Assembly (NCBI GenBank): GCA_002269645.1
Contig: NIVC01000414.1
Coordinates: forward strand, 62,001 to 126,000
DNA length: 64,000 bases
DNA from: Macrostomum lignano
Lineage: Eukaryota
Reading direction: 5' to 3'
A program made the translations under genes and the position numbers. Positions 47,127 through 60,497 of the stretch are shown piece after piece. How positions within the stretch are numbered: position 1 is the first letter of the stretch; the number at the start of each line of letters is the position of its first letter. The notes beneath the pieces are model-generated. The model searched no databases, had not been told where the DNA came from, and was given only the letters and a program-made list of their open reading frames with translations.

Positions 47127-49815
47127 CGTTCCAGCCGGTTAGTTAAGTCCGCAAGAGCACTCACGACGGGCAGTGTTGTCTTACTAGAGACTAGCTGATT
47201 GCGGAAGATATCTGCGATTCCCTATCTATATATGTATATAAGCCGGCAATAATCATGAAAGGCATCAGATTCAAAGAGGCTATTTTTATCTTAGTTTAAA
47301 GCCTGTCTGCTACTCTGTAGTCCAGTCGGCAAAATGCGTGGGGACAATGTTTTCTGGGGGGGGGGGGCCAATAAATGCCATCGATCACTGAGCCTCACTG
47401 TTTCTGTTTGTGCTGATGCACGCGCAGTGAGGCGGCTTGGGCAGACTCCGCGCGTAGGTCTTTTCCTGATGCTGTAAATTATTTCCCAAATCCTGTCGTT
47501 GTTATTCCCTCTCTCTCTCTCTCACCCTGGGAAAAATTGTTCTGCAATGGTGTCTATCTATGAGCTTATAAGCCAGGTCATTGTTTTCTTTGACTAGGAT
47601 AGGGCGAGGGGGCGAGAGGGCGAGACAGGAACGAGATTAGAGTGGCTGAAGTGTGTGCTCTCTCTAGCAGGCTGCGAAGTGGCCCTTTGCGATCGGCGTG
47701 AGGAAGTTTTGCCGCTTGGCCGGAGTGAGTGGTGTAAACTGAGAGCGGTCTCGTTTATTGCTAATTCTACCAACCAGCCCCCCTGAGCTGCTTGGGCTGG
47801 TCAAGTGCTTAGCGAGCTGGGGACATGGGAATTCCTCAATGCTCCTCCCACAGAGCTTGACCTGAGAACTGAACCAATCGGGCCTGATGAGGCAGACCTT
47901 GGGGAGGTTTTTCTTCAGCGATGCTGCAGTAAATCTTAGCCCACCCTTAGCCCTGTTCGTGGGGATCAGACCGGGGCGTGGGATAAAATCCTTTCGATCC
48001 CAGCAGTTCCCACCACCGCCGCCCTTCAAACTGATGGGGGGATCATTTATGACAGACTTGGAGTCTGTGTTGCGTCATCGCTAGATGCGGAGATTGTGTG
48101 TGTGTTTGTTCACGCTTCGCCCCAGCTCTCAATCATCGGTTCTGGGCGGTTGGGATTTTATCCCTACCCTCTAAAGCTTTCTGTTCGTAGGTCGACCCCG
48201 AGGATATCGGAAGGGGCTAGGAAAGGCGACTTAGACTGAAAGAGAGAGTCTCTGTGCTCTTGGCTGAGGCAATCAATCGAGACAGAAAATGCATGAATAC
48301 GAGGGCGAGCGCGTTTTCTCTGGAGGAGACAAAACAGAAGCCTCAGTGTGTGTGAGTAATGCTTTAGGTCATTATTTAGGCCTGGATGCTGTTGCTCTGT
48401 GCTTGGCAGTGGGCCAGATTCACCCCTGGCAGAATTGCGGAAGGAATCTGATTTTTTCCAAGTCAAGTTCCTTAGACCAGTTTTTATTGTTCAAAACCGT
48501 ATATGGCTGGTGGATGTCAGAGGGACGTCAGCTGCGGTGCCTGTCTTTTGTGAGTCACCAGTCGACAGACGCTGATCGTCACTTTCTCCGCTGTCCGCTG
48601 TCCGAAGCAAGTGGAGGGCGGAGGAATTTCAATGGGGTTCAGGTTCCTTCGTCCGTTCCGGCAGGCAACTGCCAGTAACCATGGAACCGCAGGGCTTAGC
48701 TGTTGAACTGGACTCGTTTCTGGTTCCATAATCTTCTTCTGAAAAATTTCCCGTTGCCAACAACTAACTGACCAGCCCCAGCTGACTGACCCGACAAGCT
48801 TTGCCCGCCAAAGTTTTCGTGAAGAAAAGTCTGAAGTAATGTTCTTTTTTTAAGACCCCATACAGGGATGCTTATTTGTCTTTTCTGGTTTCAGAAAGGC
48901 GCTTGAATGGGCCACGCCCTGACCGCTGCATGCTCTGCTTTTAATCCAGTTTAGAGGCTAAATGGCATATTGTCCTCAAAATCTTTTGCCATTAATTTCC
49001 GGACTAAAAAGGCAACCGACACAAAGGCTTAAAATATTCAACGAAGAAAAAATCCTATCGAAATGTAATTGCTATTGTCAAAGGACACGTTATCCAATGC
49101 TGCTCAAAGCGTTAATTAACCTACAGCTCTCCGAAGACTCTCTAGATATTAAAGAAGAATTTATGTCATTTTGAATTGAAAATTTATCAAATTCTGCTTT
49201 CAATGGCAAGACGAAAACAGTCTGAAATATTTTTCGTTTTTTTTGCTATAATTTCGTCTCGAATGCGGTTTTTCTGTTCAATTGAATTTCAATTTCAACT
49301 CTTACCGGGAGCCGAGCTCACCTGAGCACTGCAGGACGGGGATTGTATCGGGAAATTTTTGCCTCATTCAGCTTGGAAAAAGGGAGAGGGGGTCGAATGG
49401 TAATCCGCCTGTCCGAGAATTCAGTGTCAGTTGCATGTTAAGACGGTTTTCCTCTGACTATCTAAAGCTTCTGTTTGTCAGGGCTACCCCCGACCTCGGG
49501 GGACAGCGGTTAGTCAATGGAGCATTTTGAGGTAAGCTAATTATATTTGAGCAAATATAGGACTCATGCAGTGACGGTTATTGGCGTCAACTGACATGGG
49601 CAGTGGCAATCATAGTCAGGAAATTTAGGAAGACTAGAAAATCAGAGGACTTGCTTTGAACTTCGCATTACAAACTCGACCATGACTGATTTGAAGGCTT
49701 GCAATGCACTTTGTCAAGTGCATACTCCAGCCATTGCGCCGGTGCAAGGCGGTTGGGGGGAATTGCCGGGAAGGTTATCGATTATTTTGGATGAAGTTTG
49801 CTACTCTTATTAGTA

Positions 49816-49852
<37 letters not shown>

Positions 49853-50614
49853 GTTTTGCCGCGCTTTGGCCCTCGAATCCCAGCTCATTCCCGGCTGAGG
49901 GAGTTCAGAATGAGAATTGAGGGCAAGCGGGTAGGCGGGAGGCCACTTAAATTAGGACGAATTCTGAATGCGCCCAGCTCCATCCCGCCAGCCTCCATAA
50001 TTCTGATCAGACTTTTCCGGAAAATTTCCCGAGTGACCAGGCGTGGGATGGGGCGGCCGCCACTTTGGCTGCCTGCCCAGCCTCCCCCAAAACCTGGCCC
50101 TCTGTTCCTCCATCTCTCTTCTCCGATCGGACTCAAGGCTGGTCACTGGTCACTAATTAAAACAAAAAAGACGTACATAAGGAAAGAAAGTTCGGCCTTT
50201 GAAATTGATAGTGAAATTTCTTCTCAGTTCAAGATCAGTATTTTTTTAGCAAGACTTCGTGGAATAAATTATTTGAAACGCAGATGCAGACATCGGATTT
50301 TCACCAGAAGTTTATCCTCCCTTGTTGATCCTTAATATCCGGTTTGGTCAGGGACCCGCAGATAATCTAAAAGCTTTCATCACCGTCTGTAAAAAAACTA
50401 TCCGTACCCAATCTAATTAATTTGTCTGTCTAGTTTGGCTTGTGTGTATAAACTAAAAACTTTTTCGATTTCTAAGCAAGGGTCGCTTTAATGTAGCTGC
50501 TCTCATATATATTTACGACGTATTTGGAGTTCGTGCACGGAAATTATAGTGATTTGCCGTACGCTTCCCGTCCATAATGGCCAGCTAACAATGCGTTTTG
50601 AATGTGCAACCAAG

Positions 50615-50830
50615 TGGCGCCAGCACCCAGTGGCGCCAAGCACCCAGTGGCTCCAGCACCCAGTGGCGCCAGCAACCAGTAGCGCCAGCACCCAGTGGCG
50701 CCAGCAACCAGTGGCGCTAGCACCCAGTCGACAGCACCCAGTGGCGCCAGCACCCAGGTGGTGCCAAGCACCAAGTGGCGCCAGCACCAAGGGATGCCAG
50801 CGCCCAGTGGCGCCAAGCACCAATAGGCGC
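50615..50830. repeat. Degenerate CCCAGTGGCGCCAGCA repeat
   Basis: About a dozen diverged units. Confidence 0.8.
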
Positions 50831-51679
50831 CAAAGTAGTGCAAGCACCTAGTCAACTCTAAAGACTGCACCAAACTCAAACTGGATTCTCTCAAGATTCC
50901 AGCCCAACGGCTCAGCTGCACAAAAATGCTGACAAAAGCGTGAACTAAAAGTGCAAACAAGAAGTCTTCAAGAAAAGGCCAGTGGAAGCTGCACGGATCG
51001 GTCAAAACTTAATCAGATTGCACTGGCAGCGTTTGATGTCGCGGGTTGTAATTTAAATTTAAAAATATTTCTGGGACAATGTTTAGTTAGCGGAATTTTC
51101 TGCTGTGCACTATTTCGAAAAATTTTAGTCGCTAATTTACAACACCAACGCAACAATCCAAAGATGGATAGCAGATTCAGTTTTCTGCCTACTCTCACAA
51201 ACAGTTGCAGCCATTAGCGAGAAATCGGCAAACGCACATAGTGAATAATTTGGACCTCTTATGAAGTTGAATTTTTATGACTGCTGGCCGCCAAAAATTG
51301 CCTGTTTTTATTGAGAGCTTTGATGTCCCGCCGGAGTGAGTTAAAAATACGGCAAAACCGTTTGATGTGTCGCGGATGGCTGATGCGGTTTCTGGTACGA
51401 GCTATTCGAAATAAAAACAGAATTTGTGGTGTCCAGGACTGACTGCCATAAGTCTGGCTTGGTGAAAATGGGTGCAGCTTCAACTGAAATTCACTGACAG
51501 ATGGCCCACAGCCTGCCTTGCAGAGCGAAGGTTAAGCAATGAAAAAGAAAGAAGAGCGCGAGCCACTATACCCAAGAACTGTAGAAGGGAGGTTCAGACA
51601 GACAGATACATTAAAATGTGGATAGCAGACATTGTGATAGATGAAGCTAAATACAGGTATGTCAGATACCAAGACAGAA

Positions 51680-51844
51680 CACTAAGACAGACAGAGAGAC
51701 AAACAGACAGACATTAAGTCGGCCAGACACTAGGTAAGACAGACGGACAGACAGACAGAGAGAAAGACAGACAGAGAGACAGACAGACAGACAGTCAGAC
51801 AGATAGACACTAAGACAGACAGGCAGATACTAAGACAGACAGGC

Positions 51845-51907
<63 letters not shown>

Positions 51908-51933
51908 CAGACAGACAGACAGACAGACACTCT

Positions 51934-52019
<86 letters not shown>

Positions 52020-52034
52020 TAGACAGCCAGACAT

Positions 52035-52125
<91 letters not shown>

Positions 52126-52148
52126 GGCAGATACTAAGACAGACAGGC

Positions 52149-52221
<73 letters not shown>

Positions 52222-52222
52222 C

Positions 52223-52253
<31 letters not shown>

Positions 52254-52256
52254 GGC

Positions 52257-52321
<65 letters not shown>

Positions 52322-52385
52322 GGCAGATCTAAGACAGACAGGCAGATAGACAGACAGACAGACAGACACACAGACAGACAGACAC

Positions 52386-52424
<39 letters not shown>

Positions 52425-52427
52425 GGC

Positions 52428-52524
<97 letters not shown>

Positions 52525-52527
52525 TGC

Positions 52528-52604
<77 letters not shown>

Positions 52605-52627
52605 GGCAGATACTAAGACAGACAGAA

Positions 52628-52714
<87 letters not shown>

Positions 52715-52843
52715 AAGACAGACAGACAGACAGACAGACACTAAGACAGACAGACAGACAGACAGACAGACACTAAGACAGACAGACAGACAGACAGACA
52801 CTAAGACAGACAGACAGACAGACACTAAGACAGACAGACACTA

Positions 52844-52882
<39 letters not shown>

Positions 52883-52939
52883 AAGACAGACAGACACTAA
52901 GACAGACAGACACTAAGACAGACAGACAGACAGACAGAC

Positions 52940-52972
<33 letters not shown>

Positions 52973-52980
52973 CTGACACA
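51680..52980. repeat. (GACA)n microsatellite with CACTAAGACA variants
   Basis: Direct inspection. Confidence 0.97.
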
Positions 52981-53869
52981 GGCAGACAGGCTCAGCAAGC
53001 TCATACGCACCAAGATGCATTCAAAGAGTCCAATAGCTGAAAACAGCAACCCACACAACAATTCAGTGGGAGTTTCAGTCGGCACTCAAGCCACCCTACA
53101 AAGGCTGATGGGCTATTATCTTTTTTTCACTACTAATGCCTCGTTCAACATCAGCTTAAACTCCCCTGCCCCAGGCTTAAAGTCCAGATTCCATCAGAAA
53201 GCCAAGAATGAAGCTGTACTGCATTGCGGATGCAGGATTTTTACAGATGAAGCTGTTAGCGTACATCCAGGATCGGATTAAAAAGTGAGTTCTTCGACTT
53301 CCATTCAGATCGTGCTCATCTGCATTATGCTTTAAAAGCATTGCTGCATCCCCTTAAGCTACCGGCCTGCTGGGAAATTCTCCCATATCATCTCCAGCTT
53401 AGCTCAGCTGCAACTGTTAGAGGACCTGGGCTTCGGGGGATCATCTCTCGGTGGGCCTCGTGACCTCGGCGTCATCTGTTGTCTTTAATAATTCATGACA
53501 GGCAGAAAATTTTAACTGCAGGGTGAAAGCTACTGTGATACTGTGAAAGATGCTGTGTGCTACATCTCGACGCCACCTAACCGGAGAAATCGATGCCATG
53601 CAGCTCAAGTCAAATTCATCATCGTTCGCCGGGGGGAACTGTCAGGCTCTCTCTGAGCTCCCTACCTCCCCCCTCTCTCCCTCTGTTTGCAGGCCCGGCC
53701 AAAGAAATGCAACCGTTTCTGAGGGGACAGGCAAAAACTCGCTTCTATACACAGCCAATGGCTGTCACGCTTTTCCATGAAAGGGATTTTAATTTGTCCC
53801 ATTGACCCGGGATAAACCTGGTTCTAAGCCTACCAGTCGAGGAGGCCCTGGATAGCGGTAACAGAGACC

Positions 53870-54760
53870 ATAGATAGAGCTAAGTGTAGACCATAGCTAG
53901 GGCTAAGCGGAGATCATAGATAGGGCTAAGCGGAGAAAATAGATAAGGCTAAGCGGAGACGATAGCTAGGGCTAAGCGGAGAAAATAGATAAGGCTAAGC
54001 GGAGACCATAGATGGGGCTAAGTGGAGACCATAGATAAGGCTAAGCGGAGACAATAGATAGGGCTAAGCGGAGATCATAGATAGGGCTAAGTGGAGACCA
54101 TAGATAGGGCTAAGCGGAGACGATAGCTAGGGCTAAGCGGAGATCATAGATAGGGCTAAGTGTAGACCATAGATAGGGCTAAGCGGAGACAATAGATAAG
54201 GCTAAGCGGAGACTATAGATAGGGCTATATAGGATCAGACTAGATTTTTCTATATAGAAAGGCTAAATAGGATCATAGATAGGCTATATAGGATCAGACT
54301 AGATTTTTCTATATAGAAAGGCTAGATAGGATCATAGATAGGCTATATAGGATCAGACTAGATTTTTCTATATAGAAAGGCTAGATAGGATCATAGATAG
54401 GGCTAAGCTGAGACAATAGATAGGGCTAAGCGGACGCCATAGATAGGGCTAAGCGGAGACAATAGATAGGGCTAAGCGGAGATCATAGATAGGGCTAAGT
54501 GGAGACCATAGATAGGGCTAAGCGGAGACGATAGCTAGGGCTAAGCGGAGAAAATAGATAAGGCAAAGCGGAGATTATAGATAGGGCTATATAGGATCAG
54601 ACTAGATTTTTTTATATAGAAAGGCTAAATAGGATCATAAATAGGGCTATATAGGATCAGACTAGATTTTTCTATATAGAAAGGCTAGATAGGATCATAG
54701 ATAGGGCTAAGCGGACGCCATAGATAGGGCTAAGTAGAGACCATAGATAGGGCTAAGCGA
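53870..54760. repeat. 23-bp tandem repeat AGATAGGGCTAAGCGGAGACCAT with longer inserted units
   Basis: Tandem units interrupted by GGATCAGACTAGATTTTTCTATATAGAAAGG blocks. Confidence 0.93.
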
Positions 54761-55552
54761 AGTGGGGGTAGCAGAGGCTGTAGAGAGGTGTAGAGAAAGC
54801 CCTAGCTGAGAGTAGCGGTGATCCAACAGGTGGTAGCGGCAGTACATACAGGCGTAAAGGTAGCATTAAGCGGCGGTCGGTTTGGGGATTAGCAGTGCTT
54901 CTTCAAAGTTTCCTGCCCCACAAGAAAAATGAAGCGAACATTGCCAAGACACGGATGCCTGCAGGAGTATCGGCAGGGCATCAGAAACAGCAGGGTCTTC
55001 GTTTCGTTTCGCGCGCAGTTCTTGGCCCGAATTCAGAGCAGCAACCCCATCATATTTCGACACTAAAAACTGGCTCACAAGGTGCTAACCCACCCAGCCT
55101 TTCATTATTAGCGGAATTTCTGCATCTAAGGAAAAAAGTCAGGAAACTTTTTTTGGAAATTAAAAGCGGCCTTCGAATGTGGAATGAACTGAAGACTCTA
55201 AGAAAAAGGCTAGATTTTTGCACCTGTTCCCGAAATGCCCTGCTACCTGACTAAAGGAGGCGCTCTTCTATCACTCCGGGTCTCTCTACCTTCCCATCAA
55301 TCTGTAGGTAGAATACTTCTTGCTTTTGACTTTCTTTGAAATAAAGTAGAAACAAAACTTTGTTTTCTGTCGTTCAGAGGTTTCTTTGACACTGCCTCAG
55401 GTCGAACCGCTTATTCACTGAAGTTTTTGGATTGTACTGGGTGTACAGAGGCCCTGGCATGTCCTTTGGAAATTTTTTTTAGAAAAAAAACCTTATACCC
55501 CAGCACAGTGAGTATGGCTTACATGTAAATATACAGTCCTCCGCCCCCTGTC

Positions 55553-55589
<37 letters not shown>

Positions 55590-56280
55590 GTCCCCCAACT
55601 CGTCGCGTCCATCTTTGTCAGCCGGGATTCCCTTCACCTCGGCATTGCCGCAGGGCAAAATCTCTGGATTTGGGGGTCGCTGACTTTCAGAGACAGTGAG
55701 AAGTCGCCGCCACTTCTGCACGGTAGAGTGAGATCCATCTGATTTCACTGAGCAGTACTCAAATCTTGCCTGAGGCGCTGTGAGTAACGCTTCAGCGATT
55801 CTGTCTTGACCATTCACGAATTAGTTCTCAATCTCCGGTTGCCAAGGGAATAATCTTAGCTTGGCTCAGGCTCGCAGAGTCCATAGACTCGAAGTATTGC
55901 ATTTCGCGATGCTCAAGTTAACGAAGTGGTAAATATTTATTAACGCTCATTTATGACCTGCAGTTCTACAAGACTGACAATGTAGATGAGAAAAGTTGTG
56001 GCAGGTTTAACACAAGAGAACACCCTTGCCTTAATGTGGAGTGCGACTCTTCTGTCCATGGCGAGTGAAAGAAAACAAATTTTTGAATGCTCAAGTTTTA
56101 TTGAGACTCGGCAAAGAGGGGGTTCAGTCGTGGGACAGCGGAGAGAGAAACCTGCTTTTGACGAAATAAATTTGAAGAAATGACTTTTAATATTTCGTTT
56201 TAGTGTATATGTTGGATGGCCCTATAACTCTTTTTAAGGGTATGTATGTTCGGGGGTATGTAGCTAATTGCGTCTGCATA

Positions 56281-57135
56281 AGTGTCTGTCTGTCTGTCTG
56301 CCTTAGTGTCTGTCTGTCCGTCTTAGTGTCTGCCTGTCCGCCTTAGTGTCTGCCTGTCCCTCTTAGTGCCTGTCTGTCAGCCATTGCGTCTGTCTTAGTG
56401 TGTGTCCATCCTAGTGTCTGTCTTGGTGTCTGTCTGTCTGTCAGCCTTAGCGTCTGTCTTGGTGTCTGTCCATCTTAGTGTCTGTCTGTCCGCCTTAATT
56501 CCTGCCTGTCTGTCAGCCATTGCGTCTGTCTTGGTGTCTGTCTGTCTTTCAGTCTTAGCGCCTGTCTTAGTGTCTGTCTGTCCGCCTTAATTCCTGCCTG
56601 TCTGTCAGCCATTGCGTCTGTTTTGGTGTCTGTCTGTCTTTCAGTCTTAGCGCCTGTCTTAGTGTCTGTCCATCTTAGTGTCTGTCTGTCCGCCTTAATT
56701 CCTGCCTGTCTGTCTTAGTGTCTGTCTGCCAGCCTTAGCGTCTGTCTTGGTGTCTGTCCATCTTAGTGTCTGTCTTAGTGTCTGTCTTAGTGTCTGTCCA
56801 TCTTAGTGTCTGTCTGTCCGCCTTAATTCCTGCCTGTCTGTCAGCCATTGCGTCTGTTTTGGTGTCTGTCTGTCTTTCAGTCTTAGCGCCTGTCTTAGTG
56901 TCTGTCCATCTTAGTGTCTGTCTGTCCGCCTTAATTCCTGCCTGTCTGTCTTAGTGTCTGTCTGCCAGCCTTAGCGTCTGTCTTGGTGTCTGTCCATCTT
57001 AGTGTCTGTCTTAGTGTCTGTCTTAGTGTCTGTCCATCTTAGTGTCTGTCTTAGTGTCTGTCTTATTGTCTGTCTTAGTGTCTGTCTTAGTGTCTGTCTT
57101 ATTGTCTGTCTTAGTGTCTGTCTTAGTGTCTGTCC
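56281..57135. repeat. (TGTC)n / TGTCTTAGTG repeat, opposite orientation to 51680-52980
   Basis: GTCTGTCTTAGTGTC is the reverse complement of GACACTAAGACAGAC. Confidence 0.92.
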
Positions 57136-58187
57136 TAATGCCTGTCTGCTCTTCTTAGCTTCTGTCTTATTGCCTGCCCCTCTTAGAATGTCTGCTCTAG
57201 GGGTTTGTCCGTACCAAAATTGACTAACCATAATGCTGTGCACACTTAAACCATGTGTGTACGGCCTGCAAAGGCAGACAGACAGCATGCCTAGTCCATA
57301 CTGTCTTATTCTGACTTTACTACCCTTCAGAAATCTTTCAATCGCTATAGCAATCAACTTAAAAGTAGCCTCCTAAAATCTTCCTGGTTACTTTTCTCTT
57401 ACAACCGCTGAAAGTTTAGAAGCACGTCAGACAGTATTCAACGGATCGAACCGGTCCTCTAAACCCGAGCACCCACCCCCAAATTTTCTTTGATGCCAGG
57501 CAAACTGTCAAAACAGCTTCAGCTCTACACAAAGAGCCTTCTTTCTGAGAGGAGAGGCAGATTAAAGGGGAGGTAAAGAGTCAACGAACTTGAGCAAGGG
57601 AACTATTATGGGCTGGTTGGCTTGTTAAGGAAAAGCTCTTCCTTCATCTGCGAGCAGGCCAAGTTTCGATGAGCTGGAGTCCCTGGGCGGCTGAACATAG
57701 ACGCCTGGATAGGAAAAGAAAGACGCGATGAAGCATTCCAATCCAGATTCTCTGTCAAAGACTTCCTGACTCTCGAAGTCAAATCTGGACGGAGCGGATC
57801 GGCGGGATGCAGGATGAGGCACTTTGGGAGCATAAAGCGGCGTTCTCCCCTGCTGGCATGATTGCCGGGGATGGAAGCCAGAAGGCACAAGACGATTGGG
57901 AGCTGGGCTAAGAAGACCCAAAAACCAAGAGTCTGGCTCTACTAACTCAAGCCATCCTCAAAAATCATCATCATAGACAAGAGTTGGTACTCCAGACTCC
58001 TGGTTCAAAGCGCCGCTTGTTTGAGCACTCGATCGTTTGGTCAAGTCTGGCGTGGTTGTGGCGGGGAATTCGATTTGCATCGGAGAGGGGAAAATTGGTT
58101 GCCGGGGGTTGGGATGGTGGGGAGTTGGGAGGAGTGCAGCATAGAGCAAGAATGACTCAGATGAGTAGTGCATACAAGCCACCCCTA

Positions 58188-58449
58188 AGGGGTTGTAGCT
58201 AGCCCAGTGGTTAGAGCGTCCGACTCACGACTGAAAGGTCGGGGGTTCGATTCTCGACCCACAAGGAACAATTAGTGTCCTTGAGCATTGCTTCAGTTCA
58301 CTCTGGTTAATTGAGGTTGTGTGGCGACCCCCCAGTCGTTGGACTGAACAGCCGTAAGCAGCCTTCAGATGCGCCGCGAGATAGCTGCGGCTGAGCTGTC
58401 GGTTGCATGTCTGCCCACTAGGGCAGTGATAATCAATTAATATTATTAG
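58188..58449 (+). mobile_element. tRNA-derived SINE, copy 2 (internal deletions)
   Basis: Aligns with the reverse complement of 20181-20473 (GGTCGGGGGTTCGATTC; GTGGCGACCCCCCAGTC; GCTGCGGCTGAGCTGTCGGTTGCA). Confidence 0.8.
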
Positions 58450-58924
58450 TACATACAAGCAAACGTTTAGAACAATGAATATTGCCAACCAGTTGAAATT
58501 TTTGTTGAAGCGAACAGTTTAAACTGCTCAGAGCATCAAAGATTTGAGCAGGTTTCATGCTCACACGCAGAATCTCTCTAAATTCAATCTGATTTCGCCT
58601 TCCCTCCAACCCAGGTGCTGCAGATCCCAGCCAGATCCGCATGGAGATCAAGGAATTCTCCTCTGCCCCCGGGATTTTTCTTCAATAACATGCAAGCGGA
58701 CCCTCTGATCATTGATAATTCTCTGCCCTGTGATGGTCACCGATCGAAGCCGGGACTTTCCCGACATGCATTTCGGGGGCATGTCGGGACACCGGGGACA
58801 GATGCTTTCAGGGATTATGGGAAAGCAGATTTTGGGGTTGCCCCGGTGAGGGAGACCGATACGGGTAGAGAGTGGAGACTTAGAGGTATAGACAGGGAGT
58901 AGATATGGGAAAGGTTTACAAAGT

Positions 58925-59908
58925 GACACAGTCCCTCAGCTCTCCCTACAGTCCCTCAGCTCTCCCTACAGTCCCTCAGCTATCCCTACAGTCCCTCAGC
59001 TATCCCTACAGTCCCTCAGCTCTCCCTACAGTCCCTCAGCTCTCCCTACAGTCCTTCAGCTCTCCCTACAGTCCCTCAGCTCTCCCTACAGTCCCTCAGC
59101 TCCCCCTACAGTCCCTCAGCTATCCCTACAGTCCCTCAGCTCTCCCTACAGTCCCTCAGCTATCCCTACAGTCCCTCAGCTATCCCTACAGTCCCTCAGC
59201 TCTCCCTACAGTCCCTCAGCTCCCCCTACAGTCCCTCAGCTCTCCCTACAGTCCCTCAGCTATCCCTACAGTCCCTCAGCTCCCCCTACAATCCCTCAGC
59301 TCTCCCTACAGTCCCTCTGCTCTCCCTACAGTCCCTCAGCTCTCCCTACAGTCCCTCAGCTCCCCCTACAGTCCCTCAGCTCTCCCTACAGTCCCTCAGC
59401 TATCCCTACAGTCCCTCAGCTCCCCCTACAGTCCCTCAGCTCTCCCTACAGTCCCTCAGCTCCCCCTACAGTCCCTCAGCTCTCCCTACAGTCCCTCAGC
59501 TCCCCCTACAGTCCCTCAGCTCTCCCTACAGTCCCTCAGCTCTCCCTACAGTCCCTCAGCTCTCCCTACAGTCCCTCAGCTCCCCCTACAATCCTTCAGC
59601 TCTCCCTACAGTCCCTCAGCTCTCCCTACAGTCCCTCAGCTCTCCCTACAGTCCCTCAGCTCTCCCTACAATCCCTCAGCTCTCCCTACAGTCCCTCAGC
59701 TCTCCCTACAGTCCCTCTGCTCTCCCTACAGTCCCTCAGCTCTCCCTACAGTCCCTCAGCTATCCCTACAGTCCCTCAGCTCCCCCTACAGTCCCTCAGC
59801 TCTCCCTACAGTCCCTCAGCTCCCCCTACAGTCCCTCAGCTCTCCCTACAGTCCCTCAGCTCCCCCTACAGTCCCTCAGCTCTCCCTACAGTCCCTCAGC
59901 TCCCCCTA
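58925..59908 (+). repeat. 20-bp tandem repeat GTCCCTCAGCTCTCCCTACA (left arm of inverted pair)
   Basis: About 49 units. Confidence 0.97.
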
Positions 59909-60497
59909 AGTCCTCAGCTGACCTCACCAGCAAAACACGCAAAAAACATAAATCTACTTTGACGTATTTTCTTGCTCCCAGACATGTACTTTGCAAGTTC
60001 CTTAATCTCTTATAAATTCCTCTCGTCTACAGAGCAGCTTCATTGACTATTCGCTGTACAGAAATCAATAGTACAATATATCGTTACAATTAAAGCATAG
60101 TCTACTATATAACATAGGATGTCGAGGTCTCCAAACGAACTATTTCTGTTCAAACTCGAACAATGTTTTAATCCGTCTCAGAATCTGTAGCTGTCAGTCA
60201 TCTGAGCAAAGCAATTTATTGCTGTCTGTGAGACAAATATCTGAGACACAGGGGGCGGCTACGATACCAATCTGATTTTGGCGTTCGCTCACATTATTGC
60301 AACTGTTCGAACTGCTTTGATGGTTTAAGCCTTATGCTTGCAACTATGTATTGTAATAAGTATGCATACTTGTGAATCACTATAAACTTGCAAAAGTTGG
60401 CGATGTACTTTACTATGGATCTGCCTGCTGAACCTGTCAATATTGCTTTTAAATCCGACTTCATGTCTAGTTTCTCTCCTTTGTTGCTTCTGGAGGA

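Noticed and set aside
12527-54760. Recurring 23-bp period in four unrelated arrays
   Set aside because: The units share no sequence and other arrays span 8-68 bp; too few cases to claim a preferred period.
58188-58262. tRNA gene (also 20400-20473)
   Set aside because: A and B boxes are present but I could not form a convincing acceptor stem, and both copies continue into a shared non-tRNA body, so these are SINE heads.
58752-58761. Canonical kappa-B site GGGACTTTCC
   Set aside because: A single 10-mer with no nearby gene start; a chance occurrence cannot be excluded.
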